Positions 1 through 64,000 of a stretch of DNA of 64,000 nucleotides are shown one piece after another. The stretch covers positions 5,967,779 to 6,031,778 of the forward strand of contig MU058198.1 of NCBI GenBank assembly GCA_013265495.1, read 5' to 3'. Every line of letters starts with the position of its first letter. The first letter of the stretch is position 1. The stretch comes from Vicugna vicugna (Eukaryota). Made by a program: the position numbers and the translations under genes. The notes beneath the pieces were generated by a model that saw only the letters and a list, made by a program, of their open reading frames with translations, did not search any database and was not told the origin of the DNA.

Positions 1-1265
1 GGTCAGTCGGGGGTGCTGGGGCGGGGTGGTTTCTCCTGGAGCTGGCGAGGGGGTCTGGGCACACACCAGGTCCTGCCAGCCCAAGGCACGCACAGCACCC
101 TCGATCTGTCCAGGCCCCACCTCTATGCCGGTCCTGGCACACAGACTATCAGCCTGATGGGGGAACACCAAGAGGGGCAGGGGGAAAGAAGCCGAGGAGT
201 GGCTGTTACATCGTCACTGAGTGCTCAGACCACAAACAGTGAGTGTGAAGCCGTCAGGTTCCCAACCCTGGGCTGCCACAGACATCCATCTGGGATGCTT
301 GTGATGCCCACCCTCACTTCCCTGCAGCAGGCAGGGGAGCCCAGTGGGACTCTGGGTGGCCTCTGACCTCATCCCCAGTGACCTCCCACTCTTCACTGCC
401 AGGCGGAGGGAGTCAGTGATGAAAGGCCCTGGGCCCAGGTGCTCTTTCGCGGCAACTTCCCACGCCCTGGGGGTCAGGGAGAGTGACAGCCCCTCGGCAG
501 CGTCCCCTGCAGCCCAGACCCCAGCTCGAAATGGAACTGAGGAAGGAAGAGCAGCGGCGTGAGGCCAGGACAAGGCCCCGGCCGGGGTGCAGGGACTGGG
601 CTCTCGCCATTAGCTTTGGGCTGGGCTTTCTCGTGGTTGGCGGCTTGGAGAGTACCCCCAGACTCAGGTGTGACGAATGAGCCCTGGGGTCCTGGGCACG
701 TGCTTTTTAACTTCTAACCTCAAGTTTTCATACCTGTGGGAGTCCTAATCCCACCCCCTCCCAGGCTCAGTGCGCCGTTAAACGAGGCCCGCCTTCCTCT
801 TTCGTCCTCTTTCGGCCACGATAAAGCGGCACTGCAGCTCCAGTAAGTCCTCCCGAGATACGTCAGACCCAACGCCCACAGAAAGGCAGCGTCTCCACTG
901 GGCGGTATCTAGCCATCAGAATGTGTTGGCATCCCCACGTCATCATTAGACAAGATGTGCAGGGTAGCTCAAACACCTTCTCAGCTCTTCTGTCATGGCT
1001 CATTTCCAATGCTGCCTAATTGTCTGCCTTAAACATTAGACTCAAAACCCCAGCAGCGGGAGGATTCTGGAGGTCACTGGGTGCCGTGCCCTCACTTCAA
1101 AGATGAATGGGGTGAGGGCTGGAGCCTTGGCGAGGAGGGAAATCAGGGTCCCTGAGACCCCACAGCTAAGAAGGGAAGGAGCAGAAACCTCCCAGGGCCC
1201 CGGCCTCGGAAGGGCCCCGCGTCCCAGGGGGCTGCTGCAGATGGAGGCCGGGTCCCCAACCCCAC

Positions 1266-53095
<51,830 letters not shown>

Positions 53096-53440
53096 CTAGG
53101 CCACAGACCCCTGGATTACCATTGCCTAACCCAAGGTGGTCTGCGGTCTGAGGGAAAGGGAGCCTTAATGGTCCGGGATAGCTGGGGGGAGTGGTCAGCG
53201 ATTTGGTGCTGCCTGTGGTCGGGTTGGAACCTAGTACTGGCCGGGGGCTCAGTGAAGGGGTTTAGGGTGGCAAAGAGAAATAGAGATCTGAGGAGGGTCT
53301 TGTGTGTCCTGGGATGTGGAACTGTGGGATATGGGAGTAAGCGTCATCGTGGGGAGTGCAGTCATCAGCTACTAGGAAATGGGACTTGGTAAGGGGAGCG
53401 GAGGGAGACAAGGGAATACTCTCTTTCTGTGCTTTGAAGT

Positions 53441-53570
53441 TTATTTATTTTGGGGGGGAGGCAGTTAGGTTTATTTGTTTATTTTTAAAGTGGAGGCACT
53501 GGGGAATTGAACCCAGGACCTCCTGCATGCTAGGCCTGAACTCTACCACTGAGCTGGCTATACCCTCCCC
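53441..53570 (-). mobile_element. tRNA-Ala-derived SINE (Vic-1-like) in KATNIP intron 1, near the promoter
   Basis: B box GGTTCAATTCC on the minus strand (53503-53513); flanking direct repeat CTRTGCTTTGAWGTT. Confidence 0.85.
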
Positions 53571-54527
53571 ACTATGCTTTGATGTTAATGATGATGTTCA
53601 GTGCCAGGAACTCTGTAAGTGCTGTCAAGCAACTTGCTAACCTTCCTAACAGCCCTTTGAGGTCAGTGTTACTCCATTAGGAATGAGAAAACTGAGGTTC
53701 AGAGGAGTTAAGTAACTTGCCCCAAATCAAACAATCATCAAGTGGCAGAGTGAGAAAGGAACCCGAACACTGTCTCTGCAGCTGAATTATGGAGTTTGAG
53801 ATTTGGAAGGAATTTTAGAATCCCTTCATTCCAGCAGTTGCAAATGCAGATATTTGCAGGGGCAAGTCTAGTAGGCTGGATTCAGCTGTGACTGAAAATC
53901 AATTTATTTTCTGAAAGAGAAACTTCTCACTCAGCCCCAACCAATTATTGTCCTGGGGCACTTCTCAAAATGCCGTGACAGTCAATCAGTCTGAAGGCCA
54001 AATGCAGCCTGTGGGCCATCATTTAGGGATCCCTGATAAGAATCACAGAATCAACAATGGAAGCAGTCTAAAAATAGGCTACTCTGATATCTCACTTTAT
54101 AGAAGGGAAGACTAAAGTCTAGAGAGAGTGGTACAGTCTGCTAGAATCCCCATCATTTTTCCCTTTATAAGTATCTCTGTCCCTCACTTCTGGGGATTTC
54201 TTCCTTTGTGATATTTCCTTAACACAGTGTGGAAACAAAATTTTTTAATTGAGCCATCTGTTATGTGCTTAAAAGGCATCTTTGCCCTTTGTACTTCAGA
54301 GGTACTGTAAAATGTCACTCACCAGTTTGCCCAGTGGAAAGGTCCATATACTGTTGCTATAAAGCAAAGTGCTCAAATCTTTTTGGTCTCAGGAGCCTTT
54401 ATGCTCTTACCTCAAAAGAGCTTTGTTTGTGTGTATTATATCTATGATATGATATTTACTGTATCAGAAATTAGAGCTGAGAAAATCTGAAAACATTTAT
54501 TTATCATATATCAATTCATTTAGACAC

Positions 54528-54564
54528 TCCCTGGTGGTCTAGTGGTTAGGATTCAGTGCTCTCA
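54528..54564 (+). pseudogene. Tailless retropseudogene of the 5' half of tRNA-Glu(CTC)
   Basis: TCCCTGGTGGTCTAGTGGTTAGGATTCAGTGCTCTCA equals nt 1-37 of mammalian tRNA-Glu-CTC apart from two CpG-decay changes; 19-bp direct repeat TCATATATCAATTCATTTA at 54504-54522 and 54562-54580. Confidence 0.85.
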
Positions 54565-55620
54565 TATATCAATTCATTTAAAAATAACAATAAGTGCATT
54601 ACTTCTGAACATAAATACTACTTCTAATTTAAAAATGGCTATAACCCCCTCCCCCCAAAAGTTTACAGGAAGAGTGGTATTGTTTTACATTTTCTAAAAT
54701 CTCTTCAATAGCTGGTTTAATAGGAAATAGCTAGACTTGCCTCTGCTTCAGCAACCAAACTGCTGTGTTCTTTTGGCTGATGTCTTTGAAGAAAATGGGC
54801 CCTCACTCAGATACATATTTGGAACAGGGAGTATTTTAATTGCCTTTTCAGATAACTGTAGACATTCTTCTTTGATACTATTTCAAAACTTAGCAAGTGG
54901 TAATTTCTCGAAGGCTAGTCACAATGTGGCATCTGAAATCGTATTGGTGAACTTTTGTATTACATTAAAACCCATTGGTCTATCTTGCCCTTTGATTGGA
55001 TACTTTACCCATGTATGATTTCATAACATTAGGCATTGGTCATTTGGAAACTGTTAGTTCACTGAGTTATGCAAATCTTCTAAATGTTGACATTGGAACG
55101 ATGATATTAAATGGCATGTTATTACACAATATCAAAAAAATCACATTCACTAGTATCACTGCCTATCTTTTTTAAAAAGAGTTTTAAGTATTGGGAAGCT
55201 ATTAAACTCAAAGTAGTGGAAACAAGTTTCCTACTTGTCTTCACTTGAAAGTTTGAATTTTATCTTTGGCAACAAATACTGTCAGTTATTTTCCCTTAAG
55301 TGATGGGCTTACTTCTTTTGTATTTAAGAAAATGTCTGCCAGATACTCGAGTCTGAAAAACTATGGTTATTAGTTGTTTATTCAAGTCTATTAGTTGTTC
55401 ATTCAAATAAAAATGACATCAGATACAGTGTGTGGCCAGTTCAGCTGGCAGCTTAATCTCACGAGTGTTTTCTAGGATCAACTGTTGTACTTTGGCTTAT
55501 AGCAGAAGTGCTTTAGGTGTATTTCAGATTTTTGTTTCACACAGAATGTTAAAAAGATGTGTACTCATGGGTTCAGGTTTAATAAAATTAAATTTTACTA
55601 TTTTCATCAGGACATTCTTT

Positions 55621-55748
55621 TGTGTGGGGGTGGTAATTAGGTTTATTTATTTATTTACTTTTAACGGAGGTACTGGGGATTGAACCCAGCACCTCGTGCA
55701 TGCCAAGCATGTGCTCTACCACTGGGCTATATATACCCTTCCTCCCCA
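55621..55748 (-). mobile_element. tRNA-Ala-derived SINE (Vic-1-like) inserted into Charlie1a
   Basis: Perfect 15-bp TSD ATCAGGACATTCTTT at 55606-55620 and 55749-55763. Confidence 0.88.
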
Positions 55749-57790
55749 ATCAGGACATTCTTTAGTGAAAATGTTTTTATGTTTGCTTGTTTGTTTTGCT
55801 GTCAGTTCATGACACTAAAGAATATAGTGACTGTTGATACAGTTTGGTGCCACTGCCTTGTAGCCATTCAGGCTATCAGCAGTTTTATATATTGATGCTT
55901 TTGCATCATCAGTGCAAATACCAACACAGTGAAAAAGTCATAGCATTATGATGAAGATATTAATAGACCTTGGGAACCCCTCTTCCCCCCGGACCTGTGG
56001 AACACACTTTGAGTAATATTGCTGTAGACCGTTTTCAAGAAGTTTGCTTGGTCACTTCTAATTGTCATCATCTCAGCGATCCTAGAGTATTATTACGGCC
56101 CACTGGAGGAACCTATCCATTTTCAGATTGGCTACAAAAAAGGAAACATTTCTTCTTTTTAAGAAACTGTTTGCCCTATGATTAGATTTGGCATTCAAAG
56201 AGTCTCTTTTCCATTGCAATTTTTGAAGCTTCATTTTATACACATTTTTATAGGCACATATTTATTGGGTAAAGTGAAGCATACCTTGATGAACTGTGAT
56301 TCTAGCCAACTAGATAAGCCAAGCCCAGCCTTATTGGAAAGATGTTTACTTCTTAAACTCACGAAAGCTTAAATATCTGCCGAGGATCCCCAAACTGGAT
56401 CGCAGTTTGATTTCTTCTGCATGTCCTAATCACCATAGCTTTTCAAAACATTTTCTTCCGGCCTATTGGTTTTGACTTTCGGCAGGTTCCACCTGGCTCT
56501 GTGATGCAGCATAGTGTAATGCTCATAGGTTTTGCGGGCCAGATAGCCCCAGATTTGAATCTCAGCTGTGTACTCTGACCTCTCTGAGGCTCAGTTTTCC
56601 TGCCAACAAAGTGGAGATGATGATGAAGCATACCTTGTTTCGTTTGGCAGTCCATTGAATCTCTTATTGTGGCTTCAATGAGACACTGCATGAATGCACT
56701 TAACACCAAGTCTGGCATATGAAAAGCACTCCTATATGGTAGCTAAATGGTGTCATTACCTGCAAATGTGCAGTCTCCTTCCACACTGCTGACAGAAGAG
56801 GGAGGAAGGAATCTGGTGAAGCTCTCTAGCAAATAATAATCTTTGCAATTAGCTCACTCTGTTTAAAAGAAAACCCAATGTTTGACATTGTTTATTTACA
56901 TGAAAGTAAATTAGCAACGTGTACGTCTTCTGCCTATGAAAATGTTCACCTGTATGTTAAAGTCGAATTTCCTCCAGTGCTTTAAAAATATGAGATGACT
57001 TAGAAAAAAAAATTCTACTCAGTTTTCCAGGAACATAATAATCAGACAAAAGTTCAGCACAGTGAGATAATTAGAAAGGATTTTAAAGCTGTTCATTTGC
57101 TTTTGCCCCCCCCAGAGCAAATATTCAACATTTCCCCTGTTTATACTATTCATTTGCTTAGCAAACTTTCTCAAAGAATTAATAATGCCAAGATGAAATT
57201 TAGACTCACTTGTCTAAATAATCCCAAACTGCGAAACGGGTGACAGTTGAGCTAGTAAGATTTTGCTAAAAGTACACTGTCAGCGTATCTGATCTTTTCT
57301 CTTCTTGTGTGGTGTTTACCTGCACTCCTGGTGATCTGTCTGTTTCTCTTCCTACTTAAAATAAACCAAGCAAAAAATAATAAAATAAAACAAAGCAAGT
57401 GTGCAGAGGGCAAAATAAAAGTGTGGTCCACGTAGTCTCTGTGTCAGTTCTGTTTTCCGTCCATCCTTCTCTGTGATTCATTTCTCTTGCCGTTTCTCAG
57501 CATTCATTCTGTTCTGTCGCGTTAGCTCTCAGGAACTTGGTACACTCTGTTTTGCTTACTTTTCCTTGGGGTATTCGTTGGGTGACTCCCCAACATTTCA
57601 GTGCCTTCTGTGCACTGGGATCCAGAGATATCAAGATGAATAAGATTGAATCCAAGTGAAAGGGAGATGGGAGTTCACTGTATTCTTCTCCAAACTTCTC
57701 TGTAAAGATGATTTTTTAAAAAAATAAAAGGTGAAATTTTTTAACCTTAAAAAATAGAGATGTAGCAAATTTGAAATGAAGTCTTTACAT

Positions 57791-57960
57791 CAGAGGCTGC
57801 AAATCGGGAGCCTCTGGCTGAGTCAGCCGACAAGCATATTTATTTGGCCTATAAATTTTTTTTTGAATTAGTTGTGAACATTGAAAAAATTGGGAGATTG
57901 CTCATAAATATCTGATTACGGTGTTTTCTTAAAAATATTAACAAGGCCAATTTATCAATC
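57791..57960 (+). mobile_element. MER103C-like hAT element (similar fragments near 12430-12560, 37090-37250, 41640-41830, 43880-44010, 61090-61290, 63660-63830)
   Basis: CAGAGGCTGCAAA...TTTGGCC...TTTGAATTAGTTG..AACATT.AAAAATTGGGAGATT..CATAAA; boundaries approximate. Confidence 0.6.
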
Positions 57961-58384
57961 TCAACAGCTATCCATAAAGCTAACATTTAATTGGAATTCC
58001 GCATGGCCACAGGTCCCTCAGCTGGAGCTGAGCGGAGACCGCCCCCTTAGAAGGGAAGTGCGCTTTCCGGCTCATCACAGCACCTGCCTGGCTGGTTTCC
58101 TTCATTGCCTCTGGACCTACCTGGGCCCCATGAGTGTTTAGAGTCACAATCCTGCTCTGGATTAACTGGGACAATTTTGAAAATTCCCACGGACTTCATT
58201 GTATGCCGTACTGTGCTTTGCTTGTTCTTTTAGGTTTAATCTGGGGGAAAAAAAAAGAGGGGAATATATTCTCTTCCCTTAAGAACTTCACAGTCTAGTA
58301 AGAAAAACAGACATAAACAGATAACCATAGTCCAACATGGGGGGTCCTCAGGAGATCACATTTATAAAGATCTTCCCTCTGCCC

Positions 58385-58590
58385 AAAGCACTCTGGTCCA
58401 CTGCTTGCTTTTGTAAATAAAGTTTTATTAGACAACAGCCACACCCACTTGCATACAAATGCATACCAACCTTCTATGGCTGTTTTCATTCCTCAGTGGC
58501 AGAGTTGACTAGTTGTGACAAGGACCATATGGCCCACAAAGCCAAAAATACTGACTCTGGCCCTTCCTGGGAAAAGTCTGCCATCTACCG
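58385..58590 (+). mobile_element. MER58A-like hAT MITE
   Basis: TTTTGTAAATAAAGTTTTATT...CAGCCAC...GCAGAGTTGA-TAGTTGTGACA...ATATGGCCCACAAAGCC-AAAATA. Confidence 0.75.
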
Positions 58591-61188
58591 TAGAGCACCC
58601 AGTTTGGTTCTTCGAACAGCTCAGTATGATTCTGTAACTGTGCTCATTTTATACCACACAGCTAGTAGGTGGCAGGACCAGGACTCAGCTGAGTAAAGTC
58701 TGCTCTCCAGTATGTCATCAAAGACCCATCCCAACCCTGTCCCTGCCAATATGTGGCCAGGTTCTCACAGCCTGGGAGTGAGTCTGTGGGCGAGCCTGCC
58801 TGCCCATTGGGCTGGTGGAAGAATGAACACAGTTTAAAAGACACTGCCCTAGACTGGTTTCTCAGTTCCCCCAGGATCTGATCCTGCGGCTGCTCCTCCA
58901 TTTTCATGTAGGAGAGGGCTTACAAGGAGTAACATGGTTGGTTGGAAGGAGGAGCTTGGAACTGTTTACAGAGCACTTCTGTAGAAAGAAGGAAGTACCA
59001 GTTGTCCTCAGTACCACTAGAGTGACTATTGATGCCCTGTGGGGTTTTGAACAGCCCAACACTTGTAGCCCCGTGGACATAACACCTTAATCAGAGAACT
59101 TCCCTGTGGAAGTAGGTCCCCTCCTCTCCCCTCCTCCTTGGTTGGTCTGCTGGTCTCTCCCTTCATCTTTAGACACTCACCCACCCACTCTCATGCCTAG
59201 AGGTTTTATACTGGGCTGAACTGGGTCCAGTTCATAGATGTGTTATCCCACATTTAAAAATAGTGATTTCCCCAAATAACCTGTCTCTTGACAAAACGGA
59301 GCTTTAACCCCATGAGGCCTGCCTTTCTACACAGCCCCAGCCCACCAGCACTGAACAGGGGCCACCCCCTTGACCTTGAACATGCAATGATGGTTTGATC
59401 AAATCTTCTGGCTGGAGGTACCAGTCATCAAGCATTTGCTTCTTGTATTGAGAAGATTGGCCTGACCCTGCAGGCGTCTGTGATTTCAACCCCTGCCCAA
59501 GCCACCTCGGAAAGCTGGCCATCTGCTGAACACCCCATATCCTTTCCTGCCTTGACTTTGCTGTGCTCTCTGCCAGCTGTTCCTTTCTTCCAGGTCACTC
59601 CCACTCTGTAGATTACAGTTACTGACATCACCTGCAGAATTAACTCCTCCTGTGTGGCGGGATCCCATGACCTCTGAGGCATGGTGCTGTATCACAGCTA
59701 TCGGGCACCACGCCTTTCTCCCTCTCTGTGGGCAGTGACCCACTCTTGTTCTTTCGCATGCCCAACACTTGGCCCAAGGACTGGCACAGGGAGATGCCCG
59801 GGAGTGTTTGCTGGGTAGACATTGTAACCAGGAAAGAGATAAACCCGTTTGTTCCTTAGTGAATTGCTGGCTGGTCTCCATAAAGCAGAGAAAAGGCCCT
59901 TGTATCCAATCCTCCAGGCCAAGTTCCAGAGACATCAGCTGGTTTTTCTTTCTCTGGTGGACAAGTATGGTTCCCCTAGACACTGTCCTTGGCATTCATT
60001 CAATCCAGTCCTAATAATACACTCCATCCTAGCTACCTTTATATACCCCACAGCCTTAATTTTTATTTTGTTCATCTTCTGCTTTTCAGTTAGCATTCCT
60101 ATGCTCCCCCATTTCCTATCCCAGTGAAGTCACCCTCACTCCCACCTCCTGCCTAACTTTGGAGTCTGAAGCTACCTTGACTACCCGTAGCTGATGGATT
60201 CTCTGGACACAGCCCCTGACTTAACATGTCCTTCAGGGATAGGAAAGTTATAGGTGAATGCAGCTCCTGGTAGGAAGTTAGAGCATCGCAGATGTCTAGC
60301 CACCAACCACAGGATCCCTGCAGGGACCATGACCCTTCTCTAAACTCTAAGTGAACTTGCAATGCATTGTGTGTGTGTATGTGTGTATTTATGTGTTTCC
60401 TTTCCAAAGCGTCCCAAACTAATTAGATACATTTTATGAACCCACATAAAATCACAGATTAGAGCTGGAAAGGACTTGACAGATCTAGTCCGGGATCCCA
60501 TTTAGAGGACCCCGATATATCTCAGAACCCTGAGGATCCTATGCAGGGTCATAAGTTGAGAAACCTACAGGGACCAGGCAGGTAATAGAATGGCGGTGGT
60601 GGCCAGGGTTTATTTCATTACGCTGCTTTCTGTCAGGTTCTCTCAACACCTAAGTACACTTTGCATAACTGGGAATTTCATAAAGAAATCTGTTGTCTTC
60701 CAGTTTCTTAAAGCATGTGGCCTCTTCCATCTCTCTATCATCTATGAAACAGAGGTAATATATGTATGCACCTCCTAGGGTTGTTATGAGACTTAAATGC
60801 CCTAATAGCTGCCAAGGCCTTAGATCAGGGCTTGGCACGTGAAACTTACACGTGTAAGTCCTTGTGGTGGTGGCGATGGTTCACACTTCTGCGGGAGAGG
60901 CGGACACATGAACCTTCACCTGCGTCTTACCATAGGGAAAAACCTCTCAGACCTGCTGATAAGTGGCAACTTGGACTTGACCTCAGTGGCAGGAAGACAG
61001 CTAGGGGTCAGGGAACCAGAGGACACCACGCCATCTGGCGGACCATTGCCCTCAGCTCCTGACATCTATTGCCAGGCAGGGAATGCTGGCCCTGTGTTGC
61101 CAGATTTTTCAGTTTTCCAAAAGAATCCAGAAATCAGGGTCTTTAAATGGGAGATCTCCTAAGCTTTAACTGTTGACTGGGGGAAAAA

Positions 61189-61189
<1 letters not shown>

Positions 61190-61226
<37 letters not shown>
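61190..61226. repeat. (TG)n microsatellite
   Basis: Uninterrupted TG run inside a MER103-like fragment. Confidence 0.95.
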
Positions 61227-61228
<2 letters not shown>

Positions 61229-64000
61229 AACAGTTTGGAGACCAAACAAATGTATATGGGGTGGATTCAGCCAGTGAGTGACTTTGGATGTAGTCTTGAG
61301 TTATTTATCAGATGTGGAGGCTGAGGCATTGGCAGGGGGGAGGGTAGTTAAAAGCTCTTGATGGGCAGCCCAGGAGTGGAGAACAAGGACCAGATCCCTT
61401 TCAGTCCAGCCCCCCTGCCCCACCACAGAGCCTTTCTCCTAAGGAGCCTGTGCAGTGGGAAGTTCTGCCACTTGCCTCCATTGAGATGGAGATTTTATTT
61501 TAAGCCTGCAGAGGGGAATGTGAAAAACCAGGGCCTAGGATTAAACTCTCTTCTCTCCGCGTGGGTGCTCATCTGAGCCTTCCTTATCCTTGAGAGGACT
61601 GGAAGGAGCAGAGCTCATGGAGTCAGACTAAAGGGGTTTGAATTCTGGCGACACCTCTTCCCAGTCACGTGATCTCAGGGAGCGGGAAGTAGCTAGTAAG
61701 TACATCTCTCAGTGCCTAGACTCTTAGATTGTGAAATGGGGATTAACAGTAGGACAATTCCCTTAGAATTCATCCATCTAAAGCCCTTGGAATGGTACCC
61801 AGCACTTAATAGGCTCTCAGTAAAAATTAACTATCAGCGGAAGAAATGCATCTTTTCTCTTAGTATTCCTGGGACTCATGCGCCATCCTCGTGTTTTCCA
61901 AGGTAGTTTGGCAGATCATTTTTGGAGGGGGATGAAAACTCAAAAGGTAACAATTTGAATACGCACATGTACACACACATACATTCACAAATGCAATGTC
62001 CTCACTTGTATTCTGTAGGGAGCTGGGATGGGAGGTTGGGGCTGGGCTGGGCTGTGGCGTGGGACTGAGTTTGGGAGCTTGCGTGATGGATACAGAGGTA
62101 GCCCAAAGTATATTTTAGCCTGGGAAACGTTGTCACGTAGATGACTGATTAGATTACAGATGTGTGGCATTTACTTATCTTCACTATTTCACATGAAAAA
62201 AAATCAATATTTTCCAATCATCTCCAATGGTGTATTAAACTTACTTTGTCATATTTCATGTCACCACCCCAGAAAGAGCAGGGGGAAAGGGTCAGGAGAG
62301 CACACTGTAAGAGAAGATGAAGTCTTTAGAGCAGGTCTTAAATCACACCTCCTGTCCCTTCTAGCATTGTCCATTCAGAAATTTGGTCATTCACTCATTC
62401 ATCGATTTCAGAAATGTCTGCTGATACCTACTCCAGTCCAGGCACTTTTCCAGGTGTGGGAAATTCAGTGATTAAAAAAAGCCAGACAGCAACCTCTGCT
62501 TTCATGGAGCTGATATTTAGTGGGGGGAGACAGACCGCATCAACAAAAAAGATCAGATAGGTCCTTTGCAGAAGACTGAAGTAGGGAGGGCTAGGGGGCT
62601 AGTCCACTCTGAGCAACTAGGTCCCTTAAGCTGAGATCTGATTGATGAGAAGGAGCCGGCATGCGAAGACCCGTGGAAGGAAGGAATTGAGGGTCCAAGG
62701 AGCAGAAGAAAGACTAGAAGCTGCAGAGGTGCCAGTGTGAGGGAGGGAAGAGGGAAATGTACAAAGTGAAACATACCAGAAGGTCCAGCAGGCAAGTGAA
62801 AAGGTCTTATTTTTAGATGGCTGCTATGGGAAAAGCCAGCAATAGTAGAGACAGGAGACCTAGCAGGTGGCTATTGACAGATGAGGGGGCTCACAAAGGG
62901 ATGGTGGAGAGGAAGGGACAGATTCAGGATATGTTGAGGTACCGGAGTCAACAGAGCTTGCTGCAATCCATGAACAGTCTGCTATTCTTGGGGAGGAAAC
63001 AGCTAACTGCTAAGTACCTACTATGTGCAGGGCACTGTTCTCTAAGTGTTCCACGTGTCCTGTCTAAAATGGACTGAAATGGAATCGGAACTAGTAGGAT
63101 TCCCAAACAGGTAATGAGTGGCTAAGCCTGACAGGCTGACCCAGAGCCTACCCCCTTAGCCACTGTGTAGCATTGTCCCCAGGCTCTCATCTAATCACGA
63201 AGCCCGCCAAAGAATGTGCGGCTAAGCATTTCTAAACCAAGCAAAGGCGCGTTATGGTGTGCAGGTTATAAATAACCCTTCCTAGCTGCCAGCTGCTATT
63301 TAGGTTTGGAAAGGAAAAGAGGATCTTAGCATGACTTGTTTATCTCAGGTAATTTGGCAGTAAACTGGGCCCCGGGAATTTGAGTTACAGAGAAAATGCA
63401 AAGGAAGAATGACAGGGATATTGTTTTAGGCTTTCAGAGGACGGATGTAACTTAAAGGCCCAGAACCAGCCCGGAGGTGCACATGGGGAATTTGAAGAGG
63501 AAAGTGTGTCGTACAGCCAATGTTTGTTTACTTGGCTCCCAAACAGTCACGCTCTTTGTCTAATAGATTTCTGTTGTTATGATGAGATTTCTTTCAGGAA
63601 GCAATGGGAGGAATAGGCGATTTTCCCGTCTTCCGTCTAGTGATCTATTAAGTTGGTAACTAGAGGCCTGTTTTGTTGGGCCTGTCCATAGCTTTAAAAT
63701 TTTTTAAATTACTTATCAACATTTAAAAATTAGTAGCTTTCTCATAAAACTGAACTTCTCTGGAAAAATCTAATCCAATAAAACTGAGCCCACATTCCCA
63801 CATGGAAACCAGCAGCTGGAGACAGTATTTCTCGTTACTGGTACTCCCCAGGCTGCCGTGTACCCACCCTGCCATCTCTCTCTGCCACGTGTGTCTCAGC
63901 AAAGGCTGTGGGTGGAAGCCAGGATCAGGGTTCAGGAAGCTGGGACGGGGCTGAAGGCGTGTGGGGGTGGGGGTAGTAATGACAGTGGGGCTGGGACGCT

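Larger units (their letters stand above)
54365..56022 (-). mobile_element. Charlie1a-like hAT DNA transposon fossil, near full length, with two nested insertions
   Basis: Ends resemble recalled Charlie1 termini (CTCAAA..TTTTTGGTCTCAGG..; ..CACACTTTGAG..) plus internal TTTGCACTGATG-TGCAAAAGC; about 1.45 kb after removing the inserts. Confidence 0.72.

Noticed and set aside
760..910. CpG-containing stretch as GTF3C1 exon 30
   Set aside because: The minus-strand sequence does not encode the expected TFRLYREY... continuation; exon 30 appears to lie left of the window.
56390..56408. CAAACTG-GATCG-CAGTTTG hairpin
   Set aside because: A 7-bp stem is within chance expectation and has no supporting context.

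Overview
Mammalian genomic DNA, most likely a camelid, judged from five tRNA-Ala-derived SINEs resembling the Vic-1 family. Most of the window (1266-52732, minus strand) holds coding exons 1-29 of GTF3C1, the large B-box-binding subunit of TFIIIC. I traced every exon by hand. The phases join into one open frame of 4368 nt (1456 codons), and the 3' exons lie to the left of the window. A CpG-rich bidirectional promoter of about 280 bp separates its ATG from the first coding exon (ATG GAC G|GTGAGT) of KATNIP/KIAA0556 on the plus strand, whose first intron fills the rest of the window. The introns carry ordinary mammalian repeats: MIR, L2, L1M, MER20, MER58A, MER103-like and Charlie1a. I found no convincing wholly new multi-gene system. 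The notable oddities are: three non-GT splice donors in GTF3C1 (an apparent GG donor at intron 1 and two GC donors); a tailless 5'-half tRNA-Glu retrocopy with a 19-bp target-site duplication (TSD); an orphan poly(A)-tailed mini-retrocopy; a duplicated donor after exon 15; a switch-region-like G-rich minisatellite; B-box-bearing SINEs beside the TFIIIC gene's own promoter; an RFX X-box candidate; and three co-oriented CTCF-like motifs. Gene and repeat names come from recalled sequence similarity, not from a database search.
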